NCBI GenBank assembly: GCA_040902005.1
Contig: JBBDYA010000114.1
Coordinates: 1-64,000 of the forward strand
Direction: 5' to 3'
Source of the DNA: Gemmatimonadaceae bacterium
GTDB lineage: Bacteria; Gemmatimonadota; Gemmatimonadetes; Gemmatimonadales; Gemmatimonadaceae
DNA length: 64,000 nucleotides
Part shown: positions 58,369-64,000 of the stretch, one piece after another
Position numbering within the stretch: the first letter of the stretch is position 1
How the letters are laid out: every line of letters begins with the position of its first letter
Translations under genes and position numbers: made by a program
Notes under the pieces: model-generated
The model's input: the letters and a program-made list of their open reading frames with translations, nothing else
The model's database searches: none
What the model was told of the DNA's origin: nothing

Positions 58369-59613
58369 TTAGCGTGGCACCCAGGTGCCGCGCGCGACGG
58401 CGGGCACGAACGTGTCGAGGTCCTTTGGCGGGTATGCCAACGTGCGTCCCTGCTCGGCGCTCTGGTACGCGGTCATGAGAATCCGCACCACGTCCAGGCC
58501 GTCGTCCCAGGTGAGGCGCGGCTTCTCCTTGCGGAGGAACGCGCGCACGAAGTGCCGGTCTTCGGCCTCATATCCGTACGCGGCGGCCTCGCTGGGCACG
58601 ACCGGCATCTGTCCCACCTCCGCGTTCTGCTTTTCCACGAGGTCTTCGCCGGCGCGGCCGCGCACCTCGCGGCTGAAAAAGAGCTTGAGTCCCGAGTCGA
58701 GTGAGTTCCAGGCCATCGAGTACTCGGGGCCCAGCAACTCCGCCGACAGGCGGAGTCCCGCGCCGATGTAGCTCCACGAGGTGGTGGCCTCGCCGATCAC
58801 GGTGAGACCGTCTTTCGTCTGGAACTCGATCGTGAGGCTCGCGAAATCCTCCGCCGGCTTCCTGGCGTAGTTGACGTCGGGCCCCATGGCCTTCCGCAGG
58901 CGTTTCGCGTACTCGGGGCGCGTCCACTTGAGACTGGCGATGTGCGCGGTGACGCGTTTCGGTTTCACGGTGCGCAGCGACTCCCCCGGCTGCGTGAGCA
59001 GGTGCCGGACAACGAGCGCCGAATGGCACATCATGTCGTTCAACACGCCGCCGCCCTGCAACTTGCCCTGCCAGAACCAGGGCATGTGCGGCCCGCTGTG
59101 CTCCTCGGCGGCGCGCGCCAGGTAGGGGCGCCCCGTGGTCGCCGCGCCGCGTGCCCACGCCAGTGAGCGCCCCGCTTCCACGTGCGGCGCGAAGAGCTGA
59201 TTCTCGAGGTACCCGTGCCGGAGGCCTACCCGTTTCACCAACTCGAGCACGTGCCGCGCCTCGGTGACGTTCCGCGCCAGCGGCTTCTCGCACGCGATGC
59301 CCTTCAGTGCTCCCCTGCCACTCTCGATCGCGGCGACGATCTCCTCCACGTTCTCGACGCGCGCGTGATTCGGCCCGGTGATCCAGAGGGCGTCGATCGC
59401 CGGATCGGCCACCATGTCCGTGATGGACTTGTGCGCGCGCGCCTTGCCGACATCGAGTTCGCGCGCGTAGCTGGCGCCGCTCTCGGCGCGTGCGCGGTTC
59501 GGGCTCCACACGCCGAGCACGTCGGCATCGCGCACCCCGCGAAAGGCCTGCATGTGGAAGCGCGCGTTGAAGCCGCTACCGATGATTCCGACGCCGAGCC
59601 GTTTGCCGTTCAT
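58369..59613 (-). CDS. Gfo/Idh/MocA oxidoreductase
   Basis: GIIGSGF, CEKPL, GGGVLNDMMCH. Confidence 0.9.
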   Translation of the reverse strand: MNGKRLGVGIIGSGFNARFHMQAFRGVRDADVLGVWSPNRARAESGASYARELDVGKARAHKSITDMVADPAIDALWITGPNHARVENVEEIVAAIESGRGALKGIACEKPLARNVTEARHVLELVKRVGLRHGYLENQLFAPHVEAGRSLAWARGAATTGRPYLARAAEEHSGPHMPWFWQGKLQGGGVLNDMMCHSALVVRHLLTQPGESLRTVKPKRVTAHIASLKWTRPEYAKRLRKAMGPDVNYARKPAEDFASLTIEFQTKDGLTVIGEATTSWSYIGAGLRLSAELLGPEYSMAWNSLDSGLKLFFSREVRGRAGEDLVEKQNAEVGQMPVVPSEAAAYGYEAEDRHFVRAFLRKEKPRLTWDDGLDVVRILMTAYQSAEQGRTLAYPPKDLDTFVPAVARGTWVPR

Positions 59614-60254
59614 TGCGGGGGGACGCGGGAGGACATGAGGTCGTAGCTCACGCCGAGCTTCGCGAGCGCCGCCGGCGGGCAGCCGTCCCACGCGGGCAGC
59701 GAGACGTTGCCGATGTACTGCACGTCCTGCCACCCCATGGCGGACGAGAAGAATCCCGACGCGGTGAAGTCGCGAAAGCGCGTGAAGAACGCGACGCCCT
59801 GGCTCATCTCGGGACGCGCCTTCGCCGGCCAGGCGACGTCGTCGAGAATTGCGCGGCGCTGCGCGTCCGTGGCGGTGACGAAATCGCGCCCGAAGCGCTC
59901 GCGCGACTCGCTATTGATCCACGCCAGCCCGCCGCGCATGGAGATCTTGCTCGACTCGGTCGCCTCGCGATCGGCCAGCAGCCAGTCCATGAACTCCGGC
60001 ACCTTCGCGTCGGTCGCGCTGCCCGAGCGCGCGTCGCGCGGAATGACGTAGTCCGCGAGCATGCGCACGAGTCGCCATTCGGCGGCGCGGAAGAACCGGG
60101 GCGCGTACGCGGGCTGCTGCCCCTCCCCCTCGGCCAGCGTCGCCAGGCCGTCGAGCGCGCGCTCGAGCTGCGGCGGGCTGAGGTCGAGCGCGGTGGCGAG
60201 GGAGATGGCGCCGAAGCTCTTCAGCGCCTGCCGACGGGGAATGGAGTCGCTCAT
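59610..60254 (-). CDS. Gluconate 2-dehydrogenase subunit-3 family (Tat-carrying partner of GMC)
   Basis: PRRQAL Tat-like motif; LADYVIP..SGSATDAKV, FF..FR..TASGFFSS..G..DVQYIGN. Confidence 0.85.
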   Translation of the reverse strand: MSDSIPRRQALKSFGAISLATALDLSPPQLERALDGLATLAEGEGQQPAYAPRFFRAAEWRLVRMLADYVIPRDARSGSATDAKVPEFMDWLLADREATESSKISMRGGLAWINSESRERFGRDFVTATDAQRRAILDDVAWPAKARPEMSQGVAFFTRFRDFTASGFFSSAMGWQDVQYIGNVSLPAWDGCPPAALAKLGVSYDLMSSRVPPQ

Positions 60255-61988
60255 AGCGCCCCCGCCTTCCGCTGCTCGGTGATGTAGTCCGCCGTGCGCC
60301 AGGCGAGCGCGAGAATCGTCCACGTGGGGTTCTTGTCCGCCTGGGAGACGAACGGCCCGCCGTCAGCGATGAAGAGGTTCCGGCAGTCGTGCGCCTGGCA
60401 ACTGGCGTTCACCACCGAGCTGCCCGCGTCATGTCCCATGCGCGTGCATCCCAGCTCATGGATGATCGCCCCGCCGGGCGCGATGCCGTAGTTCTGCGCG
60501 CGGGTGGGCATGGGCGAAAAGACCTGGCCGCCCATCTCCGCCACCAGCGCGCGGAAGGTCTCGTGCATGTGTTTCACCTGGTTGTACTCGTGGTCCGCCC
60601 ATTGCCAGTGGAAGCGCAGCACGGGAATCCCGTACCGGTCCACCACGTTGGGGTCGAGCTCGCAGTATGAGTCCGCGTTGGGAATCATCTCGCCGCGTCC
60701 GGAGAACCCGATCGTGGCGCCGTAGTACCGGCGATAGTCTTCCTTCAGCTGCTGGCCATAGCCGCCGCCGGGAGGATACCGGTGAATGCCGCCCATGAAG
60801 CCGGCGCCCGGCGCGTGAAGCCCCCCCCAGACTTCGATGTGGTAGCCGCGCGGAAAGTCCAGCCTCCGGTTGTCCAGCCACCACGGCATGTACACGTGCA
60901 AGCCGCCGACGCCGTCCTCGTTGTGCGGCACGTGATCCGTCATCGCGGGAATGAAGCCAGCGACGTCGGTGCCCGTGGTGTCCGTGAGGTACTTGCCCAC
61001 CGTGCCGCTGGAGTTGGCGAGTCCCTGCGGAAAGCGCGCCGAACGCGAGTTGAGCAGGATGCGCGCGGACTCGCACGCGCTGGCCGCGAGCACCACGATG
61101 CGCGCGCGCACGTGGCGGTCCTGGCCGGTGGCCTTGTCGATGTACGAGACGCCGGTCGCGAGTCCGTTCGCGCCGGTCGTCACCTCGCGTGCCATGGCGT
61201 TGGTGATCAGCGTGAGCCGGCCGGTGGCCTGTGCCGGCGCGATGAGCACGTCGGGGCTGGAGAAGTTCGCCTTGACCGTGCAGCCGCGATTGCACTGGCC
61301 GCAGTAGTGGCACACGGCGCGCCCGTTGTGCGCACGCGTGAGGATCGACAGCCGCGAAGGGATGCAGGTGACGTTCAGCCGGTCCGACGCCTTCTTCACG
61401 AGCAGCTCGTAGCAGCGCGGCTTTGGCGGCGGCAGGAAGATGCCGTCAGGGTGATTGTGCAGTCCCTCGTTGCTGCCGAAAATGCCGACCAGCCGATCCA
61501 CCCGATCGTAGTAGGGCGCGACATCATCGTAGGCGATGGGCCAGTCGTCGCCGAGTCCGTCGCGCGACTTGCCGCGGAAATCATCAGGGCCAAAACGGAG
61601 CGAGATGCGTCCCCAGTGGTTCGTGCGCCCTCCCAGCATGCGCGCGCGCCACCAGCGGAACTGCGAGCCGCTCGCCACGGTGTACGGTTCGCCTTCGATG
61701 TCCCACCCGCCGTCGCACGCGTCGAACTCGCCGAAGGGGCGCAACCGCGTCGAGCCGCCCCGCCGGTTGGTGGCGTATGCCGGCAGCATCATCTGCGCGT
61801 TCCTCGACGCGTACCACTCGCCGCCGGCTTCCAGCAGGACGACGCGCGCGCCCGCCTGCGTGAGCGCGTGCGCGGCCATCCCGCCGCCGGCACCGCTGCC
61901 CACGATGCACACGTCGTATTCGGTGGCGGGCTGTGGGGGGGGGGGGGGGGGCGGGGGGGGGGCGCCGCGTGGCAGGCGTTGCTTGCAT
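60251..61988 (-). CDS. GMC flavoprotein (glycoside 3-dehydrogenase-like); N-terminus out of frame across a poly-G tract
   Basis: YDVCIVGSGAGGG FAD motif, GGRTNHWGR, CHYCGQC..GC, IHELG..RMG, NPTWTILALAWR. ATG at 61988 (TGATG coupling) is 76 nt from the in-frame GTG at 61912. Confidence 0.9.
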
Positions 61989-62869
61989 CAGATCTCCATC
62001 CTGTACACGTAGTCGTGGCTCTTCTTCGCAAACGCCATCGCGTCCGCCGGCTGGTCGTGCTCGATGAACAAGTGCTTCACCGCCCGCTGTTGCGCGCGGT
62101 CCAGGCGCAGGATCGCGGCGAAATCGATCACGCCATCGCCGACGTCCACCTGCGCGTGCTCCGGAGCGCCCGCGGAATCCTTGATGTGCAGCGTGGTGAA
62201 CCGCGAGGGATGCGCTCGGAGGTAGGCCAACGGATCCCCACCGGCCTTCACCAGCCAGAAGACGTCCAGCTGGAACTGCACGTACGACGGGTCCGTGCGA
62301 TCCAGCAACAAGTCGAACGGCACCACGCCCCCCTCCCCGACGCGCGTGAACTCGAAGTCGTGGTTGTGATAGGCAAAGGTCAGCCCGCGGGCCGTGGCGC
62401 GCTCGCCGGCGCGATTGAACTCGTCGGCCACGCGGCGCCAGCCATCGAGCGTGCGGCGCGGCTCGGCGGGAAGCCAGGGGACCGTCACATACTGGTGCCC
62501 CATGGCCGCGGCGTCGTCGAGCGCGCGATCCCATTCCGCGGCCAGCAGGTTGTAGCCGACGTGCGTGGATGGCGCCGCGAGGCCAACCTGTTCCAGCACC
62601 GCCCGGATCTGCACAGGCGTCCGGCCGAAATATCCCGCGAACTCCACCTCGTCGTATCCCATCTCCGCGAGCCGCGCGAGGGTGCCGGGAAGGTCCTGCT
62701 GCATCTCGCGGCGCACGGTGTAGAGCTGGATGCCGATGCGCTCCACGCGGCGCTCGGCCACGCGGGAAGTCTCGATGGCTCCTTGCGACAGACTGGCGCC
62801 GTTCCGGGAGCACGCAACGGAGCCGGCGAGCACGCCGAGCGTCGTGAGGAAATCGCGGCGGGAAGTCAC
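61988..62869 (-). CDS. Tat-exported sugar phosphate isomerase/epimerase-family TIM barrel
   Basis: SRRDFL Tat motif; GIQLYTVR, YHNHDFEF, QLDVFW, LHIKD, FIEHD. Confidence 0.9.
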   Translation of the reverse strand: MTSRRDFLTTLGVLAGSVACSRNGASLSQGAIETSRVAERRVERIGIQLYTVRREMQQDLPGTLARLAEMGYDEVEFAGYFGRTPVQIRAVLEQVGLAAPSTHVGYNLLAAEWDRALDDAAAMGHQYVTVPWLPAEPRRTLDGWRRVADEFNRAGERATARGLTFAYHNHDFEFTRVGEGGVVPFDLLLDRTDPSYVQFQLDVFWLVKAGGDPLAYLRAHPSRFTTLHIKDSAGAPEHAQVDVGDGVIDFAAILRLDRAQQRAVKHLFIEHDQPADAMAFAKKSHDYVYRMEI

Positions 62870-62928
62870 GGCGCTATAATGCGCCGAGCGCGGCCCCGTC
62901 GAAAGGGCCCGCAACCGCGACGGGCGCG

Positions 62929-64000
62929 CTACGCGTGCATTGGATCGATGAACACGAGGCTCTTGTGGCGCACGACCACCACGCGGAGCGCCTCGTACAC
63001 CCGCGGATCCAGCAGCTTGCCCGAATCGAGTCGCAGCTCCTCGACCGCGGCCTCCAGTGTCAGCGGCTCACGGTACGCCCGGCGCGACGTCAGCGCATCG
63101 AACGCGTCGGCGGCGGCCAGGATACGACCACCGATGGAGATCTCCTCGCCGGAGCGCGCGTGCGGGTACCCCGTGCCGTCCCAGTGCTCGTGATGCTCCG
63201 CGACGAACCTCACCGCTCGCTCGATGTGCTTCAGTGGGCGCAAGATGTCCACGCCGATATGCACGTGGTCCTTCACGTGCTCGAACTCGTCCGGCTCGAG
63301 CCGCCCGGGCTTGTTCAGCACGTTCTCGCGAATGCCGATGTTGCCCACGTCGTGCAGGCGTCCGGCAATACGCACATCCTCCACCACATCCGGCGCGAGT
63401 CCCATGTACTCCGCGACCGACGCCGCCAGCTCGCTGACGCGGGTGGAGTGGCCGCGCTGAAATACATCCCTGGCCTCCATCGCGGTGACGAGGCTCTCGG
63501 CGATGCCGACCGTCAGGTCGCGCAGGTGGGATTTCTCGCGCTCGAGCTCCCGCGTGCGGGCTTCAACTTCCTCGCGAATGGCGCGCTCGGTCCGGCCCTG
63601 CTCCTGCTGCAGCGAGCGCTTGTGCAGCGCGCGGGTCACTGCCTCGTACAACTGCTGGAGTTCGATGGGCTTGATCAGGTAGTCGAGCACGCCCTGCGAC
63701 ATCGCCGAGGTAGCCGTCGGCGCGTCGTTCACGGCGGAGAGCATCACGATCCCGAGGCCGGGTTGCGCTTCCAGGGCAGCCGGAACGATCTCGACGCCGG
63801 ACAGCCCGGGCATGCGCACGTCGCAGAGCATCAGGTCGAACCGGCCGCCGGACAGCACCTCGAGCGCGGCGTCACCGGATTCGGCAACGGTCACCTCGAA
63901 TCCGCGTGTGCGGAGGTACTTGGCGAGCACGAGACGTATCGTCGGCTCATCGTCCACGACGAGTACGCGCGCCACCGGTACGGGCTGGAGCGATGGGGCG
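62929..64000 (-). CDS. Response regulator with HD-GYP c-di-GMP phosphodiesterase domain (RpfG-like); 5' end may lie beyond the window
   Basis: REC (VVDDE, DVRMPG, KP); GHSTRV, LHDVGNIG, HHEHWDGTGYP, ADAFDALTS.RAYR. Confidence 0.92.
   Translation of the reverse strand, partial: APSLQPVPVARVLVVDDEPTIRLVLAKYLRTRGFEVTVAESGDAALEVLSGGRFDLMLCDVRMPGLSGVEIVPAALEAQPGLGIVMLSAVNDAPTATSAMSQGVLDYLIKPIELQQLYEAVTRALHKRSLQQEQGRTERAIREEVEARTRELEREKSHLRDLTVGIAESLVTAMEARDVFQRGHSTRVSELAASVAEYMGLAPDVVEDVRIAGRLHDVGNIGIRENVLNKPGRLEPDEFEHVKDHVHIGVDILRPLKHIERAVRFVAEHHEHWDGTGYPHARSGEEISIGGRILAAADAFDALTSRRAYREPLTLEAAVEELRLDSGKLLDPRVYEALRVVVVRHKSLVFIDPMHA

Noticed and set aside
60782..63193. 803-aa plus-strand ORF (also 55643..57928, 33857..35584 and similar)
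   Set aside because: Shadow or alternate-frame ORFs overlapping well-supported genes, with Arg/Ala/Pro-rich low-information composition.

Overview
High-GC bacterial chromosomal window. Gene content and the SARP/BTAD-STAND regulator suggest Gemmatimonadota (inference only). From left to right: a truncated HTH/AT-hook gene divergent from two outer-membrane beta-barrel genes; an ArgR-controlled divergent arg cluster (argH-argG-argR / argC-argB-argD-argA) followed by an Smr-domain gene; a degenerate [FeFe]-hydrogenase-like membrane protein opposite a Crp/Fnr regulator; housekeeping genes (moeB-rhodanese, esterase, csp, nrtR, nagZ, yggX, desaturase, AKR). A ~20 kb type IV filament locus (21.1-41.1 kb) follows. 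It has five paralogous GspG-like pilins in two blocks, a 1363-aa transmembrane SARP-BTAD-STAND-propeller regulator, two TA modules plus a Phd antitoxin remnant, and an MSHA-like assembly operon ending in an unusual secretin-N-domain/ComEA-like HhH lipoprotein. The right half has a TolB-like propeller, ctpA, an orphan plasmid-type Rep with a clamp-binding motif, SDR, cls, MerR-like HTH, an acidic/basic bipartite protein, an RND efflux system, a 3-keto-glycoside catabolic cluster and an HD-GYP response regulator. Several REP/MITE-like intergenic elements and apparently leaderless genes are visible. I found no rRNA, tRNA, CRISPR array, integrase or transposase. All family calls are from motif recognition, not database searches.
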